A stretch of 64,000 bases of DNA from Yuukianura sp. NJ FZ-2021 (Eukaryota), in NCBI GenBank assembly GCA_046563655.1, contig CM102289.1, forward strand, positions 7,130,001-7,194,000. Direction: 5' to 3'. Shown in pieces: positions 47,539 to 61,000 of the stretch; position 1 is the stretch's first letter; the number at the start of each line of letters is the position of its first letter. The notes under the pieces were generated by a model that was not told the DNA's origin, made no database searches, and saw nothing but the letters and a program-made list of their open reading frames with translations. The translations under genes and the position numbers were made by a program.

Positions 47539-50500
47539 CTAATAACCTAACATAAAAGGTAACGGTAACGATGCTGAGAATTAGCCTAACTAACCTAATG
47601 TAATCCAAGCCAAACCGGAACCTGTCGCGATGAATGATGGAGAGGTGATACAGATCTAGAAAATTAGTAAGAAAATTTCCTACGGTTTGTTGTAATCTCA
47701 CACCTTCGATAACATCTTATTCTTCATTACTCAATTCAAAACTCAAGGCAAAAAAATGAAAAGACAATTGAACAATTGAATTTCGAAGACCTGAAATTTT
47801 CAAAAATTCAATTAATCAATAACCACTTTTTTCTAACTCAAAACTGAAAGTTAGACATACCTACTAGACACTCCAACTTTGTATTTTTTGTTTTGTGTGG
47901 AATTGAGTTCTTTCAAAATTTTGAACCTGCAACAGCAATGTCTAACACTACATCCGTCAATCTGAAAGTTCAAAACTGAAAATTTCAAAACTTCTTTTTC
48001 AAAAAATTCTTTTTTTAAGTATGAGAGGGGAAAATTTGTTTTCAACCGAAATTATCCAGTGAATGATCTGTTGTAGTTGTATGTACTACATCACATCATT
48101 TGTCATCTTTTTCTTAATTAAAGTTACAAAAACTGTTTTTATTGTAAAGAAATGGTTAGAAGGTCTACGGAAAAAAATTGAAACTGACACGTTCTATTGT
48201 TCAATTTTTTTTTCTTTTGCTAAAATATTTCCTTGAAAGTTCCTGTAAAACTCTTCACAAAGAAAATCCCTTTTCTTTCCACTTCCCCTTTTTATTAACA
48301 ATACAATATTTGGATAGTATGACAGGAAATGATTACTTGGATGTATTCATATTTTAATTAAATTCTCTACTTCCTGTCGTAGTCTTCAGTTTCAAGTTTT
48401 AAGTCCCTCACTAAACGTTTTATGAAATTAACAACACAAAAAGTCAACACTTTTGTCCAAATCCTAAAACCCTGGCCAAATTGATGTTGTATTTTTGAAA
48501 TTACGCCACTCGCTGACAGTTTTGTAGAGGCAACAGATGCACCAATTACAAATTTAGTGTTTCGTAACATAAATTTTGTGTTGTCACGGTTGCAACTCTT
48601 TAATCCATTAACCCTCCACTACGTTGGATAATAATAACAGGAAGGAAATCCGCTGGCTTTCAAACATTTTATGACAACCGAAGGACTAACGGTTAAATGT
48701 TTGAATTCCAGCGCCGTTTCGAAAGTCGTCGTGGCCAGCTGAACGTAGGGAATGTAGTAAATGAACATAGGGTAGGTTGGGGGTTGTTGACAACAATGGA
48801 AAGTAAAAGTGATCTTCCCTCGCATCATGACGCTGGATTACAACAATAGAGTACAAAATTACAAAAAGAAACAACTAAACTTCATTACTCTAACATAACT
48901 TTCGATTCTGCAGTTTCAACATTTCTAGCTTGTTAGACTGTTTCAACATTTTCAGTTGAGCGTCATTTTTCGACATTACGGTGAAAAACGGACAATTTTT
49001 ATTTGGTTTAGAAAATTTCAAAACTTTCGAACATATCAAATTTCACTTTTTTCAGTTTTTTTTTTCTGTCAAAAATTGGCTTCCCTAATTTGTTCACCCA
49101 CGGAGCTAAGTTTTCTTTGGAGAGCTTGATTGGAGCAGCAGCCTTAGGAAAATTCTGAATTCGATTTCAAAATAATATGATAAAAATAAGTAAAACTAAA
49201 TAATAATTAGTTCTGGAAGGTCATAAAGTTGTATGCCAAAAGGCAATGGTCCTTGTAAGATTTCAGAACATGCTGGTTAGCCTTTACATTGTTTTTTCAT
49301 CTGAACATGATTCGGAAATGGCCTTGTTAAGATTTAGAACTTCCACCGCCCACGAAAATATGTCGGAAGATTTGAATCTACAGAGAAAAAAATCCAAAAG
49401 CGGCTTCGACTTAATATAATCGAGTCCTTATAAATTTCGGAACCCGTGCCCAATTTGGTCAACTGATCATGAAATCAATCCCCACTGGGAACACAAGATC
49501 ACTTTCAATTTCAAATCATCTCCTCTCTCTGCAAGATCATTTTACATAACCCAAGCCATTCATTTTCAGCATATGCGCAATGGTCTTCAATTCTTATTCT
49601 TTGGTTTGAAAGAGAGAACTTGAACTTTTGTAACCTCTCTTGCAAAATTTTCCGAATTCGTTTCTCTCTCTGTGCAACTTTCTCTATTTTTTGATTTTTT
49701 TTTTCAGTCAAAAGAAAAACCGGTCTTCGGCAAAGAAAAAAGTTGTGCCGGTTGAAGTTTTATTTTGAGCGATGGGGAACTTTATTCTCAGGCTTTCTTT
49801 TTTTCAAAATTTTTAGACAAATGAGTTTTATGACTGAGAAGCATCAGGAGGCCGAAAATAATTTCGGTTCTCTTCTTTTCTTTCTTTTATGTTTCGCAAT
49901 AAGCTTGAAGCAAAATGAGAAATTACATATTTTGAAATGAAACTTTTATTCTTCCGTCTAAATTTTTACGTCTCACTTTCATTTTTTCATTTTTCATACC
50001 AATCCAGGGGAGACTTCAATTTAGAAAGAAAAAAGTTCCGGACTCTCAGGAGCCTTAACAAGGGAACGTCAAAGCGAAACAAAAAAAAACGCTCCCGGAT
50101 TTGAAAGTGCAACAAAAATAGTCGTTGTTACTCACAAAACTAGAATAGGGGGACCCTTTTTGGAAAATTGAAGGGGTCAAAGGGCCCTTGCAACCCCTTC
50201 ACATCAATAAAGCTTCCCTTCAAGTTCACTAACGCATTGCATGACAACCGGCGTACAGATCATCATCTCTTTTTTTGAAAAAAGCCAAAGGGACTGGGAC
50301 ATGAACTGTAATCATTGTCAGTAGTGGTTCACTGCGTGCAGCAACACTTCATAACACAAAATCTACGCAAATATTGTCTGCGCAGAAGCACAAATCAGCA
50401 TTGGCCGTACTTTGACCAAAACATAAACTATAAGTTAGGGGGATCAGTGGACTTTTGAATTTTTTGGGCTGCTTCCCCCTAACTTCCACTCGTTCGCATG

Positions 50501-52021
50501 TTGAAAAACAACAATGGACTTGAAAGGATTCTAATCAATGAGGAAGCTTCAAATCTGCGCCAAATCTCACTTCTCAGTTCTCTACAAAACTTTTGTTAAT
50601 GTTGAAGTGATCTACGGCCATAAAAGTGTACAGGATTTGTGCAAAAGTGAAATATTTTATAGCATTTTATTCATTAGATTTACACACTTCAATATCTTGT
50701 CATGTTCATCTTTGAGACACTTTGACACCTTGACACTTTTGAACAAAAGTGACAGCGTAATTTGTGCATGACTGAACCAGTTTTGAGTTGTACAGTAAAA
50801 GTGCATTTGAACGTAAAGAAAAACGGCAATTGGGTTGTACCAAAAGTTAATGTTAAGGAATGGTACACCGCTGCTACATTATTCACCTGCTTTAGGTGGT
50901 GCAACATTTGTAATTTTTGTAAAGGAGGGCTACAGGGTGATAGTGACAAGAAGAAAACCTGCCGGAAGTGGGGATTGATCCCACTATGCTTCGTTCTTAA
51001 GTTTTTCGTAGCAGTGTTTCAATTTTTTTAGTCTTTTACGCACGGATTGTTTCGAAAGACTTAACTTTTGCGTGTGCCTATTGTTACAGAACCGGCGTCT
51101 GGTTTTGAAAGGTTCGTTACAAAAGTTTGAACAGTGAAATATATGCGTACGAGGAAATTTTGGAACTTGGCGGTTTTTGTGTCGTGACATGTGAACGTTG
51201 TTCCTGATTTTAAATTTTCTACTGTACTTGTTTCTAAAAAGCATTTTCAAATTCAAACTCACGTGCTACTGCATTGTTTTAAGTTTCACCTGCCCAATAA
51301 GTTTAAACGGGGCGTGGGAACTTTTGAAAAAACTGGAAGGGGAGATTGTTATTGTTGTGAAGCGGAAACCACGCCAAGGCAAAACTGAAACTGGACGATG
51401 ACAACATCCAGTAGCTAACATTTTTCACCCTCCATTTGCCATAAGCATTTTGACTCTGAAAAGGAGAACAATCAAGTTTGTGTGCTGAACAAGCATCAAT
51501 TTGAAATGCAGTTTTGGCACGGCAGGAGTCAGCATAAACTGGAACAGTTGTGAACAAAGCAAATTTTTGTTTCATTTTATGGACTGAGCAGAGCAGTGAT
51601 TGCAAAAGTGATTAGAGCATTTGCGTAACTCTGAAATTTCCATTTCAATTTGGAATTTTCTGACCGCATTAGTAGAAATTTTGGTTTAGTGATCCGCTAA
51701 CCTTGGATTTTGACTTGGATATTACACTATTACACAGAATAGTGTTGGATTTTCCTAGAAAAGCGTAAAAAACTATTGTTGCACAAGTTTTGTTTTTACA
51801 ACAATGAAGACTTTGATGACTCATCATCACTTCCTTTCTGCTGACCAAGGAACAGGAGAACCGAAGCGAAACGATTCGCCATAGTCCTTCGCCATATTCA
51901 AATTTACGAAAATTTGGACACTGTGGAGCGTCAAACTTGCGAAATTTCATTTACGAAAATTTTTACTTGGCGAACATACGGCTCCTGTGTAAATTCAAAC
52001 AAATTTCGTATAACTTCAAAC

Positions 52022-55000
52022 ATGTCTGTGGATTCAATCAAAAGTTGTGAAAATCAAACATTGAGGGGACCATACAAATCACGTGATTTGTTCGGAGTGC
52101 AACTGGAGGTAAGACGCTTTCTGTTAATTTTTTTTTTCAAAATTTCGAACATAAAATTACGTTTCTTAAGTTAATTTTTTTTGCATTTAAAGACATCAGC
52201 TTTAAAAGCGTACTGTACTGAAAAAAAAATTTTTTCTTACGCAGCCTTCAAAATTTTAGCATTTGAGGTGTGGGATATTTAAGGTCACAAGTGACATTCT
52301 TTGTGCCAAAAATTATACAAAAAATCAACAAAATTTTTTATTGTTTTTATTGTAATGAATTACGATAATGCTTAAATATTTTTTGGGAGACGTAGTGAAA
52401 GCATTGGATTCTATTTGCAAACGGGAATGTTTAACACAAAAAATATTCAAGAAATTCATGTGCATATATCATTTCAAACTTAATTTTTACAGCAAATGCT
52501 GTATTTGGGCGCTTCAGTGTCGACGGCGATGCGGCGCACCCATCTTCTGTACAGCTTCACTAAAATTGGCAATAAATTACCAACGCGTGAATCACGAATT
52601 TGCTAAATACGCTTCACCATGTCTAACATTCAAAGTTTATTTAACTGTATGAATTGAGTCGTAAATTAAATTTTTTCGAAGAAATTCGTGTTCATCAAAA
52701 GATTTGTCGTGATAGATATTGGACTTCTTTTTAAGGCAAGTGCGTAAAAACTCACAAAAAACTTGGGGGAAAAAAGTAACGGCTCATTTCGCATCGACTT
52801 CCAAATTTGTTAACGGAAGTTATAAAAGGTGCTGCTGATTTTCATCGCTTTTAGGAAAAGAAAAAAATTTCTCGCAGTTTGCGGCTTTTTCTTTCAAAAC
52901 TTTTGATTTCATCAGACACAAAGAGAACTACGGCATTGGAAACGGCGAGTTTCTGATTTCGTCAACTTTTCTAGTGTTGAAATCATCAGAAATTGCCGCC
53001 ATTTTTATTCTGGTTCAATTCTCGAACAAATTGTATAGTTTGAAAGTTATCTTTTCATTTCTTTTTGTTATTTTACACAAAATGTGCGAATTTGACCAAA
53101 ATTATGTGATGGAGATTTGGGTTAGTGAATGCCACTGAAGCATATCGAATCTTGTCACTATTCAATTCGATTGTTTTTTCAAGTGAACATAAAAAGTTGT
53201 TTTTCAAAGTTGGTCATGAGCGTTGCGTCTGCGCAGGGTTTCAAAGCAGGACAAAATCTGCGATTCAAATTACCCACAGCAAAGCTGATTCCAATTTTTT
53301 TCTTACTTGAGCTTTATTTTTCAATAAGCATCGTCTTTTGCATTTCTCCTTTTTTTTTAGACAAATTAAAGTAAATTGTAAGGTTTTCACCGTGTAAAGT
53401 TTTCACTCTAATAATTCCAAATGTTTAAAAAAGTTTAAATACAAGGCGGAGAATGCTGAATTGTCGCTCATTTTTACTGAATGCTCATTGTCACATGCAC
53501 ATGAGCATGCTCATGAGACATGACCCGAATTCCACTCTGCCTAGTCTTTAAAATTTTAATTTGCGCGGGAAACGATCTCTCTTACTTTAGTCACGCATTG
53601 GGCATAAACATGCTCTAAAAATTTTCACTTATTTTCAAAAACGTTCCCAAAATAACTCAAAAATTTGAGTGAAATGGATTTTTAACAACTAATTTGCTTC
53701 TCCGAAAGTTGCTGTTCCTCTCGTATAACGTAAACGCATTCATAGAATCAAAAAATTAGTACGTTCGCGTATATGCAGCAACACAATTGAAGAAACGGAA
53801 GAACATGTAAAGATGTGAAGTGTAAAAAGTTAGATGAAGATCAAATTTTACAGATGTATAAAGGGCGCGGTGCTCCTTCCTTCCTTGAAGTTTGTGCAAT
53901 CTTCCTGTCAGTTTTGCTGAGCAAGCGCAGATTCAATTTTGATGCGAGTTGCTCTGCACAGGCCCAAACACTATGATTTTAACCTAGTTACTACCTGAGG
54001 CAATCAGCAAACCCTCGAGTACAAAATTGTTTCACTTTCTTGCATTGATTGATTAGATCATTGTAATTAAATGCTTAAACATTTCAAGTGTTGGAACACT
54101 TTCACTTCAATTCCTTTTACGTCCAAAACCATACACGCCAAAAAGTACAAACTGCGCAAGTGCAGAACCCACCGTTATTTAAGAAATGTGAATCGTGAAT
54201 CTGATCCAAAAACTTTCTAACTTTGGTAGGAATTATTAATGGAAGACCAATTTCAGGGTACTAATGGGCTTCAATTCCTGTAATCACACTCTCATTACTG
54301 ACATAATGGGTGCAAAGCTAAACGGGATCTGTTTTTTGCTACTATACCAAACTTTCAAATTCTGGTTTTTCAAAACAGGAAAAAAGTTTGCCAATTTGAA
54401 ACGGAAAAGTTGGAAAAAGTTTTTGTAACTTTTTTTAATTAGGTGACCAGCTTGCTGTTGGATACAGAACTTACCAAGCTCTCAACTTTACAATCTGAAC
54501 TGCATTCAACACATAACTCGGATCATGAAGAGCAGCAAGTGGAACTCATTTTTGCCATTTCGTAAGCCGTTACTTGGTGTTAAGAAGAAACTAAAATAAT
54601 ATAATAACTTTAATTAAATCATTTTATTATATGAATTTAAACTTTTAGGAGAATACAATCTCAAGTGGAACAATTGGAACGAGAGTACAAGACGCATGCC
54701 CTTGGAGCTCTCAAGAACGCACCACTGCGAGGTTCAGGAAAAGTGGGTTACTTTTACTTTTATTTTACTAACGCTCAATTCCTTTTTTTTGCCAAATTCT
54801 TAATTTTGCAAAGTCATACTTTCCATTTTCAAAAGGAAAGCCTAAGTTAACAAAAGAACCGATGTTAATTTTAACTAATTCCAATTTAATTTAACGTCAA
54901 TTTAGAGTAATCGAAGTCAACCTGCCATTGGACTGAAGTATCTCCCAAAACTTCGCGTAAGTTAAAAAGTCATGATTCCAATTTGGCACAATTTGCTACA

Positions 55001-58000
55001 CTCCTTTTCCATTTTGCAACAAATTTCCTTCTCCCATTTGCCAAAATCTTTTCAACTGTTACATTTCCTTTAGAAAATGCTGACTAATGTCACCTTATTT
55101 TTCATAAGTGCAGTTGAATTTTAAAATATTCAAAAGTTGTTGAAGTGCAGAAAATGGAAGAGTAGGAACTGTACATTTAATAGGATTATGTGTGATTCAA
55201 ATGTACTTTAAGAACCACTTTAGGCGTCACCCCTCATAAACTGAGCATCTCAGAAAAACTTAATTCATTCACACAATCCTTCCATAGTACTTCCACTGTG
55301 TAGGGCTCTCAGTCTCCCGTCAACGGATGCGCAAGTCCCGTTACAAAAATTAACACTTTCGATTCGCTTCAGTGAGGCTCAAGTATTCAAATATTCAATG
55401 AATAAATTTGAAAAAAAAGCTTCCCGCCCTTCAGCCTAACTCTAAACACCAACAATCCTGCATTCTTAAGTATTCCATTGCTCCCGCTCCCCGCCCTATG
55501 CTATCCCGTATCTCCGCTCGTAGGAACAGGGATCGGTAAACTTTCGGAGCAATTGGTTTCGGAGTAATGCACCTTTCGAAGCAATTGATTTCGCAGCAGT
55601 TCATGCGGAGTAATGGCGTGCCCCTTCATTTCATTTCCTAGAAGTCCAAAAACATGCAAAACGGGGTCCCTTCCAACCAAAAAGAATTACGGAAGACTAT
55701 TGGAAATTTTTTGAAACGTTTTAAAAAGTGAAAAGGAAGAAAGATTTTTTTTTCAAAAAACTTGACAATTTTTTTTACTACATCAGAGTCTAACTCCTGA
55801 AATGTTGGCCAAGGATGAACCTCCGAGGTGTGACATATCCAGTGCCCTATCAATAAATGAGGTCATGACAAGTATCAAATTGCAAAGTGTTTTTCATCAC
55901 ACTCGAGATTTTCGCTTAGCTTTTGCTTTTGAGGGTGCGTTTTGTTGATTCTGAAAGGTCTCCTCCCTTGTCACTTCCAAACTGAAGATTTGTTGATTGA
56001 TGGCCGAATGAATGCTTGTTTGTTTTGTTCTGTGGTGGTGTAATGTAATGTGTGACTTTGGAAGTAGAGCAAACTTTGATGATCATCTACCCAATCGAAT
56101 CAGTTTCCTTGAAATCCTAAACAAGCTTTAGACACCAAGAATTGTCTTTGTCAATGACCCAATTCTACAAAAACCCATCTTCAGACGCACCCAAAACTAA
56201 AAGAAGAAACAGAAACCTTTTGGAGTAATTGTCACTGTAGTGTCTATTTCTGAGTTCTTAGAAAATAGGATTGTGTGGACACAAACACAAGGATTCAGTT
56301 ACCTTGAAAAGACTAATTAATTTAACAAAGGTAATTGAATGAACAAATGAACACTGTGGGGGAGAAAAGTAAACATACTTTTGTGTGTCTTTCTGTCAAA
56401 TTGGAAACAAAAGCCTTGGCTTCATTTTGGTTTTCAAAGAAAAACTTTCGATAGTTTTTGGAAACAAAATCTCTAGAGTCTCGAGTCAGTGAGTCGAATC
56501 CAACCTCCGGGACTTTTTTTTAAACAACTTCTAGAGTAAAATCAGGCAGAAGATCTTCCAAGGGAAGGTAGTAGGGTTCTGTAGGCCTTCCAGAAAAGAC
56601 GCGTTGGTTTTAGGCTGAAGTGAAAGTTAGGGAAGTGAAAGTCTTCCAGAATAAACTTTTGATAACAAATGCGGTTGTTTGCGGCACGTAGACTGCGGTT
56701 TGCAAAGTGAAATTGGCCGTGAGAGATGCTAGAGGCAAGAGGCACTTTGCTACGGTGACACTTCCGAGAAAGCAGTGTCAACATTTCCGTTTCCGTGCAA
56801 TTTTCAAACCTATGCTTTTCTATTGAAAAGGACAATAACATCCTTCACTGTTGAAGGGCTAATGGGCTTCTAAGAAGCACAGGCCACTTTTCTGGTTTGA
56901 CACCTTCGGAAATGCCATTTGACATTTGAGACACAATGGTTGTTGCTTGACTCGACGCAACCAAGCGTCACGACCGCCAACATTCAGTTTTCTTGAAGCC
57001 AAAAAAGAAAGGGAGGGAAGTTCGAAATAAGAAACAGGCAGATCAAGGATCACTTCATCACCAATGACCTTAAGCTGAAAAGCCATTTCAGTTTCGGTGT
57101 CGGTTTTCTCCACTTCTGGAATTGTTATTATCCAATGCCATTAGTTCACTTCACTCTGAAAGCCGGGAGCATTTGAACTGTTTGCAAATCCCGGCTGAGG
57201 ATATCCTCAGCCATCGCCCTCATGTGTGAAACTTCATTTCTCAACGTAAGTTTGATGTCAGTTGTATTTGTTTAATTTAGCTTTGCGAAATACTCAATTT
57301 CAATTTCAGTTAATGAATTTTTTCTCATATCTAAACTTTTTCGTTCCAGTCATCTGTTTCGTTTAAAGATTTTTGTGTCACTTTTTTTAATTGTGAGGGT
57401 TTTTTATCCTCATTTTTCACTGTCGGTTTTTAAGTCCACCTTCCCAATCTGGGGCCAAAGGAATGTTAAGTTTGGATGAGTGAAATATTGGTGAGTAGCC
57501 CTCCAGAATTTGAGGATATCCTCAGTAGCTGTGTAAAACTCTGACACGTCTGGTTTTCAATTACCAAAGTTGGCCATTAAGACTTAAAACAAATAGAAGA
57601 TGAAAGGGATCCCAAATTTCAAACATTCATCTGTTTGCACTTTCCATTACCACCGTCATTTCCTTCTTCTTTCATGTTTCCAAAATGAATTTTGGGCGTT
57701 TTGAACACAAATCCAACTCACTTCAGTTTGAAATTGTGCTGATGATCAAAGCTTTTGGACTAGTCTGATCTAAAGGTACAAATCCAATTTCAAAAGGATT
57801 GTGGGCTGTGTGAACGTGGTTAAGCGTTTAGTTGGAAGATAACGTCAGTTCTAATTTGCTTTTAGATTGAGCAGTGTTAGCCTTGTTTTCAATTTCATAT
57901 TTCACATTCTATCAACTTGAGCAGCGATTTTCCTATGTGGAGGATTTTGGGCTTGGGAGGAAAATTTTTCGTTTAGACAAAATGCCTCTGGAGATGAATG

Positions 58001-61000
58001 TTTCAGAAGCAGTCGGTTGAACATTCAGTACAGACGCTATGTGTTTCCTAGTGCATATTTTTTACATAGTCATTGGCAAACAATTTGTGGAGCGCAGTTT
58101 ACATGTTAAGTGAACGTGAAAATAGCATTAAGTTAATCTCAAAGTTTAAAATGGAAGCGATAACGCCACTGAATCATCTCAATGACCTTGACATTCAAAC
58201 GAAAGTCGAATCTTTAGTGGGCAAAGACACTTCAAGGATAGTTGACATTGAGCAGAAAAGTTGGTTTGAACAACAAGAAATTCTAATGGTCAATGGTTTT
58301 CCCGTGTCGCTTGGAAGTCACGAGGGGATTCAAATCAAGCATTACATTCAAAATGGTCAATGTTTCCCGCCACAACTGCTGAGTTCTATTTTGAGAAGAG
58401 CGGGAGTTTTGGTTGATCCAGGATTTGAATTTGAAATTGAAAGTAGTGAAACTAGAAGTATCACTCGGACGGAGGAGAAACTGGAATTGAGGGATGAAAG
58501 TGGATTAGTTTTAGATGGAATTGTAACGGCGTCTGAAGATCGGCTTGGAAGTGGATCCGAATCTCCCGGACTTTGGGACTTGGGTTCTGTCAACTCCATT
58601 AAAACTTTTGGAAAACGGCGGGAAAATGACCAAAGTTCAAATAATTTTGAAATGAGACGGAAATATAAGCTGGGTTCAGTGGAAAGTGCTGGCAGTAGTT
58701 TATCCAGTTTTTGTTCCAGTTCTGAATCGGATGAATCAATATTGTCGTCTTCGCCATCTTCAGTTTTCCACCAATCATTTCCAAGTCCCAGAAATATTCA
58801 AAGTGTGAGTGTTTTTTGGGTCATTGTGTACATTTTTTAAAAAAATGGTCTAAAAACAGTTTTGTCGCGGCACTTTTCTAGAGTACGTGTGCCTTGTATG
58901 ACTTTAGCAATTTTCGGTAAACAGCTTTGAATTTGTGTAGTAGAGCGGCAGTTTTTCCAAAATTAACTACTTTTTTAGGAGTTTGGAAAAGTTGAACAAT
59001 TTTTTAAACAGGATTTGCGCTACAAAAAATGGAAAAGAGTTGTTGACATGCACTTTTAAACCTCCCCCGCAGCACACAGTCGCATCTCGTTTTGCTACAA
59101 AATGTCTATCGAAGCGTGTCCTAATTCCATTCAAACTTTCCTAAACCCCAAAACCATTAAGCCTAAGCCAAAATTTTCTCCGAAAAATTTCTCCATTAAC
59201 ACCACTACTAACCCATACACATGTTTGGATTAAGTTACTTTTTGTGCTAAAACCTAACAAAACTTTTTTTTTGGTTTCGTGTTTATAGCCAAGTATTTTT
59301 GGAACCGTGGCAGCATCCTCCGCTGAAGCTCTGCCCTACCCAAAACCTCATCATCACCACCGAAAAGTAAAAACAAAAATTGACACCTTTCTAGATAAAA
59401 AGGAGAGGCGTGTTTTGTAGGTGAAAGTGAAAGTTTGTCCTAACATCGCGTGCTGGGGCAGTAAAAGACGTAGTAACGGCCGTGCAAAAGTACAGTACAC
59501 GTGGGAAATGTTTTCTTTTACAACAAACTTTCACTTTTACAGCAAAACTTCACGTTCCTCGTCCACTTATTTTGAGTCACCCTGTACTTTTTCGGTGTGA
59601 GCACTAAACACAGTGTAAATAATGGATTCGTTGCTCTTCTCTCCAGACACTTCCCCAGACGCCAATCACTGGAAGTGGTTCCCAGAGTCTCATTGACGAA
59701 AGCCGACAAAACACCGCCGCGGCGCTGGATCGTCTCAGCTCACTTTCGTCTGAATCTTCGTCATCGTCGTCAACTTTTTCATCCGATGAAAAAATGCTTC
59801 TGGCTGGTCCTGAAACCATAGTTACGACAACCGTAGTCAAGCCATGTGACTGGGACAACGTAAGTCACTCAAAACCTAACCTAATTAACTAAAAATTCTG
59901 AACAAAATTTCCAAAATTTGAATTTCAAATTTCAAAAAATGCTTGTTATTCTAGGCTTTGGTGTATCAAGACACAACGCTGGTGTCAGGGACGCTGGACG
60001 CTCTGATTCAGCATCTCGTACCAACGCAGTCGTATTATCCAGATCGAGCCTACGTTTTTGCATTCCTTCTGTCATCTCGTCTCTACATCAAACCGCATGA
60101 ACTGCTTGGACGCGTTTTTCGCTTAGCCGTGGCCACTACACAACACTCCAATAAAATTGTAAGTGTCAAATAAACTTTAGACAGTTGGAGTAACAGCATG
60201 GCAAAACCGAACTAACATCATGGCACAGTTTACTACTCCGGAAGTGCAGTTTTGTGGTGCTAAATCTCCGTTTTTGTTTATTCAGCACACTTCTAAGGAA
60301 CTGAAAATAATTTCCCATGTGGTTCAACTGCTGGGTGAGTGGGCTGAACTGTTTCCATACGACTTTCGTGATGAACGAATGATGGCACATGTTAGAAGCA
60401 TAACCCAGAAATGTATTGCAGTCAACCCTACGGTAAACATAATTTTTATAAAGTATTAAATTATTATAATAGGAGTAATATAGTTGAGTAGTATAATAAT
60501 TTACAGTGAAGAGGTAAAAAGAAAGAAGGATTTGACGCCGTTAATCTTGTTGAACAGATCCGACAGGACGTGTCACAACTTCTGACTTCGTTACTGTCAC
60601 GCCTCACGTCTCTCGAGAGATACGAAAACTTTTTGCAGAGGATCAATACAGAAGCAGCACTAGGCGAACCCATTACAGCCGTAAGTTAACTGAACTTTGA
60701 CATTAGCCACAAAAATGTGGCTGCTAATTTGCACTTTCGTGGTAATTAAATTAACTTACTTCTATTTTTTATGAAATAGCCATCGATTCTAACAATTTGT
60801 CCTAACGCAAGAACGCTTGCGCAGCAGTTGACGCATATTGAACTGGATCGACTGTCTCACATTGGACCAGAAGAATTTGTTCAGGTATGTTTTAAACTAA
60901 ACAGTAAGGTTAGGCTGAAGATGAAAAAAATCAAGCGTGAAGTGTCACATGATCACTTGAAAAACAGTTATTTGACTTGAGATTTTGTTTTTTTTATGTT

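Noticed and set aside
43000..52000. Many 60-130 aa ORFs in the track
   Set aside because: They are Phe/Lys/Leu-rich chance ORFs in AT-rich non-coding sequence with no recognisable motifs. The 128-aa ORF at 46960 lies inside the MITE and is not a transposase.
53442..53545. Possible tiny MITE (aggcggag ... ctctgcct) with atgagcatgctcat palindromes
   Set aside because: The terminal repeats are short and mismatched, and there is no convincing target-site duplication.
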